From Steroidobacteraceae bacterium (lineage in GTDB: Bacteria; Pseudomonadota; Gammaproteobacteria; Steroidobacterales; Steroidobacteraceae): a stretch of 61,087 nt of DNA. Positions 38,265 through 47,317 of this stretch are shown in pieces (position 1 is the stretch's first letter; every line of letters starts with the position of its first letter). The DNA is taken from the NCBI GenBank assembly GCA_025451375.1, contig JANWKL010000032.1, positions 1-61,087 on the forward strand, read 5' to 3'. Under the pieces are notes generated by a model. That model was given only the letters and a program-made list of their open reading frames with translations. It did no database searches and was not told the DNA's origin. Position numbers and translations under genes: made by a program.

Positions 38265-38654
38265 TTATTGGTGATGGCCGCACCCGTGCGGCTGCGCCGC
38301 CGCAGTTGCGGCCGGTTCGCGCGCACAGCGCTCAAGATAACGCGCCCAGTTCCCGGGGTACTCACGACCGAGCTCGTGCAGGTACTTCCAGGTGTACAGC
38401 CCGGTGTCGTGCCCGTCATCAAACACGAGCTTCACCGCGTACTGTCCCACCGGTTCCACCGCCGCGATGCCGACATTTTCCTTGCCCCGCACCAGCACCT
38501 CCTGGCCCGGACCGTGTCCTTTGACTTCAGCGGATGGGGAGTACACCCGCAGGTACTCGAATGGCAATTCGAAGCGCCCACCGTCGGCGAAGCTGACCGC
38601 GAGCAGGCGCGAGGTGCGACGCAGGCGGATCTCGGTGGCAACGGGTTCGGACAT
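38265..38654 (-). CDS. DUF971 (gamma-butyrobetaine-hydroxylase-like N-terminal domain) protein
   Basis: EYLRVYSPSAEVKGHG...GQYAVKLVFDDGHDTGLYTWKYL matches the bacterial DUF971 pattern. The C-terminal tail is HGCGHHQ. Confidence 0.7.
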   Translation of the reverse strand: MSEPVATEIRLRRTSRLLAVSFADGGRFELPFEYLRVYSPSAEVKGHGPGQEVLVRGKENVGIAAVEPVGQYAVKLVFDDGHDTGLYTWKYLHELGREYPGNWARYLERCAREPAATAAAQPHGCGHHQ

Positions 38655-38671
38655 GAACCGCAGTATAGGCA

Positions 38672-40552
38672 ATGAGCGTTGCTGCGACGCAACAATACGA
38701 TGACAATCCCCGGCGCGCCTCTATACTCACGCTCCTCATGGAACCAACCGATACCTCCCATCCCGATTATTACCATCGGGTTGTGGACTGCCAGTGGGCC
38801 TGCCCGGCCCACACCGATGTCCCCGAATACATCCGGCTGATCGCGCAGGGGCGCTTCACCGACGCCTACATGGTGAACCGGGAATCGAACGTATTCCCCG
38901 GCATCCTCGGGCGCGTGTGCGACCGGCCATGCGAGCCGGCCTGCCGACGCGGGCGCATCGAGCAGAAACCGGTCGCCATCTGCCGCCTGAAGCGGGTCGC
39001 CGCCGATCATCGTGACGACGTCACCAAACTGCTGCCGAAGATCCCGAAGCTCAAGAACGGCAAGCGCATCGCCTGCATCGGCGCGGGCTGCGCCTCGCTG
39101 ACCGTGGCGAACGACCTCATGCCCCTCGGCTACGAGGTCACGATTTTCGAGCAGTACGGCGAGCCCGGCGGCCTCATGCGCACCAACATCCCCTCGTTCC
39201 GGCTGCCGCAGACGGTGCTGAGCGAGGAGATCGGCATGATCACCGGGATGGGCGTGGACCTGCGGCTGAACTCGCCGATCAAGAGCATGCGCGAGCTGCT
39301 CGACAAGGGCGGGTTCGACGCGGTGTTCGTCGGCTCCGGTGCGCCCAAGGGCAAGGAGCTGAAGCTTCCGGGCCGGGAAGCTGCCGCCGCCAACGTGCAT
39401 ATTGGCATCGACTGGCTCGAGTCAGTGGCGTTCGGGCATGTCGAGAAGATCGGCAAGCGCGTGCTCATCATCGGCGTGGGCAACACGGCGATGGACTGCT
39501 GCCGCACCAGCCTGCGCCTGGGCGCCGACAGCGTGAAAGTCATGGCGCGCAAGCCGCGCGGTTTCTTCAAGGCCTCGGTGTGGGAACTCGAGGATGCCGA
39601 GGAGGAGAGCGTTGCCATCATCATCAACCGCTCACCCAAGGCTTTTGTGCTCGCGAGCGGCAAGCTCACCGGCATGCTGTTCGACCAGATGGAATACGAC
39701 CTGGATGCACGCGGCCAGATCACGGCCGAGCGCATCGTGGGCGAGGAGTTTCTGCCCGCGGATGATGTGATTCTCGCCATCGGCCAGGAGAATGCCTTCC
39801 CCTGGGTGGAGCGGAATCTCGGGATCAGCTTCGACAAGTGGGACGTGCCGGTCATCGACAAGATCACGTTCCAGTCGACCCGGCCGGAGGTGTTCTTCGG
39901 CGGTGACGCGGCCTTCGGTCCGAAGAACATCATCTGGGCGGTGGAGCACGGTCACCAGGCCGCCATTTCCATCCATCGCTACGCCCAGGGCGAAGCGGTC
40001 GCCGAGCGCTTAGCTCCGACGGTCAACCTGCAGAGCCGCAAGATGGGCATGCACGAGTGGAGTTATTCCAACGACTACACGCCGGTTGAACGGCGCCTGA
40101 TGCCGCACGTATCGATCAAGGAGCGCTTCAAGAAGCTCAACATCGAGGTGGAGCTGGGCTTCACGGCGGAGCAGGTCGAGCAGGAGGTGCAGCGCTGCCT
40201 CAACTGCGACGTGCAGACGGTGTTCGTGGCGAAGCTGTGTATCGAGTGCGACGCCTGCATCGACATTTGCCCGGTGGACTGCCTCACGATTACCCACAAC
40301 GGCACCGAAAACGAACTGCGCCCGCGCCTGAAAGCGCCGGCGAAGAATCTCGCGCAACCCCTGTATGTGTCGGCCGGCCTGCCTCAGACCGGACGCGTCA
40401 TGGTGAAGGACGAGGATCTGTGCGTGCACTGTGGCTTGTGCGCGGAGCGCTGCCCGACCGCCGCCTGGGACATGCAGAAATCAACCCTACACTGGCCGCT
40501 TGCGACCGCTGAGGCCGCCAGCCTCGAGGCGCGCAAACCCAAGATTGCCTGA
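38672..40552 (+). CDS. GltD-like NAD(P)H flavoprotein fused to a 2x[4Fe-4S] ferredoxin domain (KorC-like)
   Basis: N-terminal Cys clusters (CQWACPAH...CDRPCEPAC). Two dinucleotide folds (ACIGAGCASLT, VLIIGVGNTAMD). Two C-terminal CxxCxxCxxxCP motifs (CIECDACIDICP, CVHCGLCAERCP). ATG 38738 is an alternative start. Confidence 0.8.
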   Translation: MSVAATQQYDDNPRRASILTLLMEPTDTSHPDYYHRVVDCQWACPAHTDVPEYIRLIAQGRFTDAYMVNRESNVFPGILGRVCDRPCEPACRRGRIEQKPVAICRLKRVAADHRDDVTKLLPKIPKLKNGKRIACIGAGCASLTVANDLMPLGYEVTIFEQYGEPGGLMRTNIPSFRLPQTVLSEEIGMITGMGVDLRLNSPIKSMRELLDKGGFDAVFVGSGAPKGKELKLPGREAAAANVHIGIDWLESVAFGHVEKIGKRVLIIGVGNTAMDCCRTSLRLGADSVKVMARKPRGFFKASVWELEDAEEESVAIIINRSPKAFVLASGKLTGMLFDQMEYDLDARGQITAERIVGEEFLPADDVILAIGQENAFPWVERNLGISFDKWDVPVIDKITFQSTRPEVFFGGDAAFGPKNIIWAVEHGHQAAISIHRYAQGEAVAERLAPTVNLQSRKMGMHEWSYSNDYTPVERRLMPHVSIKERFKKLNIEVELGFTAEQVEQEVQRCLNCDVQTVFVAKLCIECDACIDICPVDCLTITHNGTENELRPRLKAPAKNLAQPLYVSAGLPQTGRVMVKDEDLCVHCGLCAERCPTAAWDMQKSTLHWPLATAEAASLEARKPKIA

Positions 40553-40563
40553 GCAAAAACCAC

Positions 40564-42402
40564 ATGTCGCAAGCTGTCCCCCGCGTCAACGACTTCACCA
40601 TCAAGATCGGCACCGTCAACGGCACCGGTTCCGCGAGCGCCAACACGCTGCTCATGAAGTCGCTGTTCCGCAGCGGCATCCCGGTGATGGGCAAGAACTA
40701 CTTCCCGTCCAACATCCAGGGGCTGCCGACCTGGTATGAGATTCGCGTCACACGCGATGGCCACGTCGCCCGTTCCGGCAGCATCGACGTCATGGTGGCG
40801 ATGAACGCCGAGACCTACTCGCGCGACGTGCGCGAGGTCGCCGCCGGCGGCTATCTCGTCTACGACTCGACCTGGCCGCGGCCGGCGCTGCTCAAGCGCG
40901 ATGACATCACGGTGTTCGGCGTGCCGCTGGCGCAGCTGTGCAACGAGAACTTCAACGGCGTGCGCACCCGCATCCTGATGAAGAACATCTGCTACGCCGG
41001 AGTACTCGCCGCGCTGCTCGACCTGGACGTGGCGCGTATCCGCGAGCTGCTCGCCGAGACCTACGCGAAAAAGCCGCAGCTGGTCGACAGCAACATGAAG
41101 GCCATCCAGCTCGGCTACGACTACGCGAAGGAGAACTTCGCCTGTCCGCTGCCGCTGCACGTGGAGCAGATGGACAAGACCGCCGGCCACATCATGATTG
41201 ACGGCAATACCGCGGCGGCCCTGGGTTGCCTGTACGCTGGCGCGACGGTCGCGGCGTGGTACCCGATCACCCCGTCCACCTCGCTCATGGACGCCTTCAA
41301 GATGTTCAGCGACCGCCTGCGCGTGGACGCGAACACTGGTCGCAGGAACTTCGCCTTCATCCAGGCCGAGGACGAGCTGGCCGCTATCGGCATGGTCATC
41401 GGCGCCATGTGGAACGGCGCGCGCGCCTTCACCGCGACCTCCGGTCCCGGCATCTCCCTCATGAACGAGTTCCTGGGACTGGCGTACTACGCCGAGGTGC
41501 CGGCGGTGGTGTTCGATATCCAGCGCGTCGGTCCCTCGACCGGCATGCCGACCCGCACCCAGCAGTGTGACCTGATGGAATGCGCTTACGCTTCCCACGG
41601 CGACACACGTCACGTCTGCCTCTATCCGGCCAACCCCGAGGAATGTTTTTACATGGCCGTGCAGGCGTTTGACCTCGCCGAGCGCCTGCAGACCCCGGTG
41701 ATGGTGCTGTCGGATCTGGACATCGGCATGAATGACTGGATGTGCCGGGACCTCAAGTGGGACGACGCCTACCGGCCCGACCGCGGCAAGATGCTCGGCA
41801 AGGAGGAGGTCCTGAAGCTCAAGAAGTTCTACCGCTTTCTCGACGTGGACGATGACGGTATCCCCTACCGGACGCTCCCCGGCGTCGATCCCAAGGCGGC
41901 GTATTTCACGCGCGGTTCGGGACATACCCAGTACGGCGCCTACACCGAAGACTCAGCCGATTATCAGCTGGTGCTCGACCGGCTGCTGCGCAAATGGGCG
42001 ACGGCGAAGAAGCTCATGCCACGCCCGGTCATCGAGGCCACCACCGGCACTGCGTGCGCCATCGTCTCCCTGGGCAGCTGTGACGGCGCGGTGCGCGAAG
42101 CGCTCGATGTGTTGCGGGCCCGCGGCGTGAACGTCGACTACATGCGGGTGCGCGCCTTCCCGTTCGGCGAGGAGGTGGAGAAGTTCCTGGCCGCGCACGA
42201 GGTGCTGTTCGTCGTCGAGCAGAACCGCGATGCGCAGCTGCGCGCGCTCCTGACGCTGGAGACCGCGGTGGACAAGTCGAAGCTGCGTTCGCTTCTGCAC
42301 TACAGCGGCCTGCCGATCTCCTCGCGCTTCATCGTCGAGGGCGTGCTGGCGGAGCTGCAGCCGCGCCCACAAACCCAGGTCCAGGGCGCCGCGCGGCGCT
42401 GA
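40564..42402 (+). CDS. korA: 2-oxoacid:acceptor oxidoreductase alpha subunit
   Basis: 612 aa with a fused gamma/alpha-type architecture (FTIKIGTVNGTGSASAN...; AWYPITPST...). Confidence 0.9.
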   Translation: MSQAVPRVNDFTIKIGTVNGTGSASANTLLMKSLFRSGIPVMGKNYFPSNIQGLPTWYEIRVTRDGHVARSGSIDVMVAMNAETYSRDVREVAAGGYLVYDSTWPRPALLKRDDITVFGVPLAQLCNENFNGVRTRILMKNICYAGVLAALLDLDVARIRELLAETYAKKPQLVDSNMKAIQLGYDYAKENFACPLPLHVEQMDKTAGHIMIDGNTAAALGCLYAGATVAAWYPITPSTSLMDAFKMFSDRLRVDANTGRRNFAFIQAEDELAAIGMVIGAMWNGARAFTATSGPGISLMNEFLGLAYYAEVPAVVFDIQRVGPSTGMPTRTQQCDLMECAYASHGDTRHVCLYPANPEECFYMAVQAFDLAERLQTPVMVLSDLDIGMNDWMCRDLKWDDAYRPDRGKMLGKEEVLKLKKFYRFLDVDDDGIPYRTLPGVDPKAAYFTRGSGHTQYGAYTEDSADYQLVLDRLLRKWATAKKLMPRPVIEATTGTACAIVSLGSCDGAVREALDVLRARGVNVDYMRVRAFPFGEEVEKFLAAHEVLFVVEQNRDAQLRALLTLETAVDKSKLRSLLHYSGLPISSRFIVEGVLAELQPRPQTQVQGAARR

Positions 42403-42413
42403 CGGAAGACGAC

Positions 42414-43469
42414 ATGACATTCATCGCCAAGCCAAAAGTCGCCCATCCTTCACTGCCGAGGAATGCGCTCGGCTCTACGCGCCGTGACTACGAAGGCGCG
42501 CTGTCGACCCTGTGCGCCGGCTGCGGCCACGACTCCATCACCGCCGCCATTGTGGAAGCGAGCTGGGCTCTGGCGATCGAGCCGCAGAACATGGTGAAGC
42601 TGTCCGGCATCGGCTGCTCCTCCAAGACCACCGCGTATTTCGTCAGCGGCGGCCATGGCTTCAACTCCGTGCACGGCCGCATGCCCTCGATCGCCATGGG
42701 CGCCAACGCCGCCAACCGCGCACTCACCTACATCGGGGTGTCCGGGGACGGCGATACGCTTTCGATTGGGCTCGGGCAGTTCTGCCACGCGATCCGCCGC
42801 AACCTCAACATGCTGTACATCATCGAAAACAACGGTGTGTATGGGCTCACCAAGGGACAGTTCTCCGCCTCCGCCGACCTCGGCACCAAGGCGAAGAAAG
42901 GCGAAACCAACTTCCAGCCGCCGATCGACCCGGTGCTGCTGGCGATGACGCTCGGCGCCTCGTTCGTGGCGCGCAGCTTCTCCGGCGACAAGGAGCAGCT
43001 CGTGCCGCTCATCCAGGCGGGACTGAAGCACCAGGGGTTCGCGCTCATCGACGTGCTGTCGCCGTGCGTGACCTTCAACGATCACGAGGGCTCGACCAAG
43101 AGCTACGCCTACACGCGCGAACACTACGAGCCGGCAGTGCACGCGGATTTCGTGCCGCTGCAACCTGAGATCACGGTGGACTACAGGGCGGGTGAAACCC
43201 TGCCCGTCGTGCTGCACGACGGCAGCCGGATCCTGCTGCGCAAGCTCGATGCCGCCTACGATCCGACCAACCGCACCAGCGCCGCGACCCACATCCAGGA
43301 GCGCATGAAGCTCGGGGAGCATCTGACCGGCTTGCTGTACATCGACGAATCGCAGCGCGACTTCCACGACATCAACGCCACTCCGGACGCGCCGCTGAAC
43401 AGCCTGCCGTTCGAGACGCTGTCGCCGGGATCGAAGGTGCTGGAAAAAGCGCTCGCCGCTTACCGCTAG
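42414..43469 (+). CDS. korB: 2-oxoacid:ferredoxin oxidoreductase beta subunit (TPP/[4Fe-4S])
   Basis: CAGCGHDS cluster Cys residues and the TPP motif GVSGDGDTLSIG...NNGVYGLTKGQ. Confidence 0.9.
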   Translation: MTFIAKPKVAHPSLPRNALGSTRRDYEGALSTLCAGCGHDSITAAIVEASWALAIEPQNMVKLSGIGCSSKTTAYFVSGGHGFNSVHGRMPSIAMGANAANRALTYIGVSGDGDTLSIGLGQFCHAIRRNLNMLYIIENNGVYGLTKGQFSASADLGTKAKKGETNFQPPIDPVLLAMTLGASFVARSFSGDKEQLVPLIQAGLKHQGFALIDVLSPCVTFNDHEGSTKSYAYTREHYEPAVHADFVPLQPEITVDYRAGETLPVVLHDGSRILLRKLDAAYDPTNRTSAATHIQERMKLGEHLTGLLYIDESQRDFHDINATPDAPLNSLPFETLSPGSKVLEKALAAYR

Positions 43470-43475
43470 CGCCGC

Positions 43476-44405
43476 TCAGGCGTCGGTATCGAGCATCGCA
43501 TCGACGCGTTGCCGATATTGCAGCAGGAGTTCCGCGGCGAAATCCGCGAATACGCGGACTTTCGGCGAGTCACGCAGTGCGCTGCGGCACGCCACTGATA
43601 TTGGCGCGCCCGGGGCCGACCAGTCGCGCAGCACCGCCTCGAGCTTGCCGCCGGCGAGCGCCTCGGCCACCACCAGATCCATGGTCTGGGTGATGCCTAC
43701 GCCGCGTATCGCGGCCTGGATCTGCGCTTCGACCGAATTGAACGCCACGTGGCAGGGGAACGCCAGCTGGCGCTTCACGTTGGCGCGCTGGAACTGCCAC
43801 TTGCGCGGGCGGCGGCTGCCGTCGCCCAGGTGACCGATGAGCTGGTGACGGCCGAGGTCGTCAGGTTCCGCAGGCGCGCCGTGCTCGCGCAGGTACTCCG
43901 GCGAGGCGCAGGTGAGCAGGCGCGTGTTGACGATGCGTCGCGCGATCAACTGCGGCTCGCGCACCGGGCCCACGCGCACCACCAGGTCCACTTCCTCGGC
44001 GATGAGATCGACGACGCGGTCGTTGAGTTGCACCTCCAGCTGCAGCTGCGGATAGCGGGTGGTGAAGTTCCGCAGCGCCGGAATGAGCAGCGCGCGGCCA
44101 AACACCACCGGCACATCCACCCGCAGCCGCCCCTGGGGTGAGAGGCGCGTACCCCGCAGCGTCTCGTCCGCCCCGTCGAGCTCGGCGAGGATGCGCTGGC
44201 AGCGTGCCAGGTACTCGGTGCCGTCGCTTGTGAGCCCCACCCGCCGCGTAGTGCGATGCAGGAGCTGGCACCGCAGATGCTTCTCAAGATCCGCGATGTG
44301 GGTGCTGATGACCGCCCGGGAAAGACCGAGCGCGTCCGCCGCCTTGGTGAAGGAGTGCAGGTCTGCCACGCGTACGAAACTGCGCATGCACGCCAGCTGG
44401 TCCAT
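43476..44405 (-). CDS. LysR-family transcriptional regulator
   Basis: HTH motif FTKAADALGLSRAVISTHIADLE. Convergent with korB. Confidence 0.85.
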   Translation of the reverse strand: MDQLACMRSFVRVADLHSFTKAADALGLSRAVISTHIADLEKHLRCQLLHRTTRRVGLTSDGTEYLARCQRILAELDGADETLRGTRLSPQGRLRVDVPVVFGRALLIPALRNFTTRYPQLQLEVQLNDRVVDLIAEEVDLVVRVGPVREPQLIARRIVNTRLLTCASPEYLREHGAPAEPDDLGRHQLIGHLGDGSRRPRKWQFQRANVKRQLAFPCHVAFNSVEAQIQAAIRGVGITQTMDLVVAEALAGGKLEAVLRDWSAPGAPISVACRSALRDSPKVRVFADFAAELLLQYRQRVDAMLDTDA

Positions 44406-44448
44406 GCCGCTATTGTACCGAAATACAGAACAACAAATTCGTGATTGG

Positions 44449-44465
44449 CCTGTTTTTAAAACAGG
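44449..44465. promoter_or_regulatory. perfect 17-bp palindrome with T-N11-A core (putative LTTR box)
   Basis: CCTGTTTT-T-AAAACAGG lies 44 bp upstream of the lysR start, in the divergent region. Confidence 0.4.
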
Positions 44466-44501
44466 CGGGCGCGCCCAGAGTGAGTTTAAGGAGGTGCGCG
44501 C

Positions 44502-44705
44502 ATGTTTATCTTCAATCGGCCCTTTGGGGCGGTCGCCGCCGGAATCGGCTTTGCGCTCGCCATGGCCCTGGTCAGCGCATTATGTGAGCCGGCGTCCGGC
44601 AGTGACGCCGCCGCGGGGGCGAAGCCGGTCCCCGGGATGGCGGTTCACATGGCAGTAACTTGTGTCCGGCCCGAGGCTTGCGGTATCGTGCGCGCCGGAT
44701 CGTGA
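44502..44705 (+). CDS. hypothetical small protein (67 aa) with a hydrophobic N-terminal segment
   Basis: Consensus AAGGAGG SD sits 7 nt upstream of ATG 44502. AVAAGIGFALAMALVSAL looks like a signal or TM segment. No family recognised. Confidence 0.3.
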   Translation: MFIFNRPFGAVAAGIGFALAMALVSALCEPASGSDAAAGAKPVPGMAVHMAVTCVRPEACGIVRAGS

Positions 44706-44862
44706 CCTTTCCCTTTCTGCCGCCTGCCGCCCGCCTTCGATTGCGAGTTGGCTTCCGAGTCTGCAAAGCCGAATCGTTCCCGACCAGGTGGCAGTATGTG
44801 AGCAACCGATCTTCGGTCAGCACCTCCTGCTAGTACTTTTATGTTTCAGGAGTTTGATTGCA

Positions 44863-45156
44863 ATGACGAAGATCTATGTTGGCAACCTGCCGTTTTCCGC
44901 CACCGACGCCGAGATTCGTGAGCTGTTCGCAGCGCACGGCACGGTTGAGTCGGTGAGCATCATCACCGATCGCGACACCGGCCGCCCCCGCGGCTTCGGT
45001 TTCGTCGAAATGTCGCGTGCCGATGCCTCGCGCGCGATCCAGAACCTCAATGGCAAGGACCTGGGCGGACGCCCTCTCCGTGTCAACGAGGCTCAGGAGC
45101 GCACTGGCGGCGGCGGCGGTGGCAACCGCGGCGGCGGCGCACCGAAGCGCTGGTAA
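44863..45156 (+). CDS. RRM-type RNA-binding protein with Gly-rich tail
   Basis: RNP2 is IYVGNL and RNP1 is RGFGFVEM. The tail is GGGGGGNRGGGAPKRW. AGGAG SD present. The longer ORF 44662..45156 is an artefact. Confidence 0.85.
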   Translation: MTKIYVGNLPFSATDAEIRELFAAHGTVESVSIITDRDTGRPRGFGFVEMSRADASRAIQNLNGKDLGGRPLRVNEAQERTGGGGGGNRGGGAPKRW

Positions 45157-45170
45157 GCATTTAGGCTGCC

Positions 45171-45217
45171 AAAGGCCGGCCGTCAGTGCCTCACGGCATG
45201 GGCGGCCGGCCTTTTTT
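45171..45217 (+). terminator. intrinsic terminator after the RRM gene
   Basis: GGCCGGCCG (45174-82) pairs with CGGCCGGCC (45203-11). T6 follows (45212-17). Confidence 0.65.
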
Positions 45218-45250
45218 GTTGGGCTTGAGTTAATCGGAAAGGTGTTTCTT

Positions 45251-45370
45251 ATGGGTAAAGGCGATCACAGAACGCGCCGCGGCAAGATCTACCAGGGCTC
45301 TTTTGGCAAGAGCCGCGCCAAGGACCCGGCGAAGCGACAGAAGAAGGCGGCCAAGGCCGCGAAGCGCTGA
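45251..45370 (+). CDS. 30S ribosomal protein THX (bTHX)
   Basis: MGKGDHRTRRGKIYQGSFGKSRAKDPAKRQKKAAKAAKR closely resembles the THX consensus MGKGDRRTRRGKI... Length is 39 aa. Confidence 0.75.
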   Translation: MGKGDHRTRRGKIYQGSFGKSRAKDPAKRQKKAAKAAKR

Positions 45371-45467
45371 AGCGCGGGCTGAAAGGGCCGGGCTACTTTC
45401 AGCAATTGACTGGCAAGTAACCCAAGCGCGCGCCGGCAACGGCGCGGCGCATTCCCCTCAAAGATCC

Positions 45468-46589
45468 TTACCAGGCGGGTGTTGCAGCCTCCGCCGAAGC
45501 GCGCTGCTTGCGCGCGAGACACTCGCGGATGATCTCAAGTGCCGTCCGGTCGTTCGGCGGCAAGTCAACACTGCTGACCTGTATAGGCTTGGTGCGTGCT
45601 CCCCAGCGCACGACGTGCGCGCAGAAGCTCAGCCCGCCGCCAAATGACGGCATCATCAGCAGCGATCCGGGAAGCACTCGTCCCGCCTCCAGCGCATCAC
45701 ACAGCGCGACCGGCACGGTGGCCGAAGACATGTTGCCGTAGTCCTGGATGGTGACGTAAACCTTGTCCATCGGCACGTGCGTGCGCTTGGCGACCGCCTC
45801 GATGATGCGCAGGTTCGCCTGGTGGGGCACGACCAGATCGATATCGTCGGCCTTGAGGTTGAGCTGCGCGAGCGCATCGTCGCAGGCGCTGCTCATGCCC
45901 TGCACGGCGCGCTTGAAGATTTCCTGCCCCTCGAACTGCCAGCGCGTGACGCCATAAAGGACGCCGCGGTTGGCATACAGGCCGCCCATGCCCTGCACCC
46001 GCAGGATCTCGCGCGACTCGCCGTAGCAGCCGAGTTTCTGTGCCAGGACGCCCTGCGGCTCATCGCTCTTCTCCAGCACCACCGCGGCGGCGCCATCGCC
46101 GAACAGCACCGCGACGTCGCGGTCCGACCAGTCCATGAACGGCGAGATGAGCTCGGCTCCGATCACCAGCGCGTTGCGTACCACCCCGGTGCGAATCAGC
46201 GCCGTCGCTGTCGAGAGTCCATACAGGAAGCTGGTGCAGGCGGTGTTGATGTCATAGGCCGCGGCCGGCTGCGCGCCGATGCGCCGCTGAATGCCGGAGG
46301 CCATGTTCGGCACCTGGTCGTCATGGCTGCAGGTGCCGAAAACGATCAGCTCAATGCTGCTGCCGGGGAGGCCCGCGGCGGCGAGCGCCCGCGCCGCGGC
46401 GACATAGCCGAGCTCTTCCAGCCCGACGTGCGAAATGCGCCGCTCGCGGATCCCGGTGCGGCTGACGACCCACTCGTCGGTGGTGTCGAGCATGCTCGCG
46501 AGGTCGTGATTGGTGAGTATGGCCGGCGGCAGGCACTTACCCCAGCCGGTGATCGCCGCATAGGTCACGGATTCCCCCTCAGGGACCAC
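45468..46589 (-). CDS. beta-ketoacyl-ACP synthase III (FabH-like) with C-terminal extension
   Basis: Catalytic Cys (NTACTSFLYG), His (VPHQAN) and Asn (YGNMSSAT). 373 aa, which is about 45 aa longer than canonical FabH. Confidence 0.85.
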   Translation of the reverse strand: MVPEGESVTYAAITGWGKCLPPAILTNHDLASMLDTTDEWVVSRTGIRERRISHVGLEELGYVAAARALAAAGLPGSSIELIVFGTCSHDDQVPNMASGIQRRIGAQPAAAYDINTACTSFLYGLSTATALIRTGVVRNALVIGAELISPFMDWSDRDVAVLFGDGAAAVVLEKSDEPQGVLAQKLGCYGESREILRVQGMGGLYANRGVLYGVTRWQFEGQEIFKRAVQGMSSACDDALAQLNLKADDIDLVVPHQANLRIIEAVAKRTHVPMDKVYVTIQDYGNMSSATVPVALCDALEAGRVLPGSLLMMPSFGGGLSFCAHVVRWGARTKPIQVSSVDLPPNDRTALEIIRECLARKQRASAEAATPAW

Positions 46590-46633
46590 AGCGCAGTTTC
46601 ATAAGAATAGCAGGGTGACGATACAATCAGCGC

Positions 46634-47245
46634 GTGACGGAAACCTACTCCCGCTGGCGCCCACATCCCTGGCACGGACTCGAGCCGGGCCCGGACGCGC
46701 CGCGCGTCGTCAACGCGTACATCGAGATCACCCCCTTCGATCTCATGAAGTACGAGGTCGACAAGGCGAGCGGCTACCTGCGTGTTGACCGGCCGCAGCG
46801 CACTTCCTCGCAACCGCCCTCGTTGTACGGCTTCATTCCCCAGACCTACTGCGGTGAGCGCGTGCGGCGTCTCGCGCCCGGTTGCGAGCGGGGCGACGGG
46901 GATCCGCTCGACATCTGCGTCATCAGCGAGCGCCCGATCAACCACTCCGAGGTGCTGCTGCGCGCGGTGGTGGTGGGCGGATTGAAAATCATCGACCGCG
47001 GCGAGGCGGACGACAAGATCATCGCCGTGCTCGAGGGTGATTACGTGTGGGGTGAGGCGCAGGAAATCGGCGATCTGCCGGGCGCGCTGCTTGAGCGTAT
47101 CGAGCATTACTTCTCCACCTACAAGCTGGTGCCGGACGAGCCGCCGAAGATCGAGGTCACCGGTCGCTATGGTTTCAAGGCGGCCGCCGCGGTCATCCGC
47201 GCTTCCATCGAGGACTACCGCGAGATGTTCAGCAAGCAGGCGTGA
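46634..47245 (+). CDS. ppa: inorganic pyrophosphatase (family I)
   Basis: [17 protein letters not shown] and [10 protein letters not shown] motifs. Confidence 0.9.
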   Translation: MTETYSRWRPHPWHGLEPGPDAPRVVNAYIEITPFDLMKYEVDKASGYLRVDRPQRTSSQPPSLYGFIPQTYCGERVRRLAPGCERGDGDPLDICVISERPINHSEVLLRAVVVGGLKIIDRGEADDKIIAVLEGDYVWGEAQEIGDLPGALLERIEHYFSTYKLVPDEPPKIEVTGRYGFKAAAAVIRASIEDYREMFSKQA

Positions 47246-47317
47246 AAGGGCGCGAGCGTACTGTACCGCCCGTCCGCGGGAATAGCTTTTGCGCTGGGTT
47301 ACTACAGCCAGCCGCGC

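Noticed and set aside
44789-44804. Sigma-54-like element TGGCAG-N5-GAGCA upstream of the RRM gene.
   Set aside because: Only the GG and GC dinucleotides match TGGCAC-N5-TTGCA. No enhancer-binding protein gene is nearby. This is too weak to call.
47243-47245. Programmed TGA readthrough (or selenocysteine) fusing ppa to the NTase-fold ORF.
   Set aside because: Sharing a frame has a 1-in-3 chance expectation. I see no SECIS-like hairpin immediately downstream and no known precedent. Simple 5' truncation of the NTase gene is more parsimonious. It is kept only as a minor alternative within the finding.
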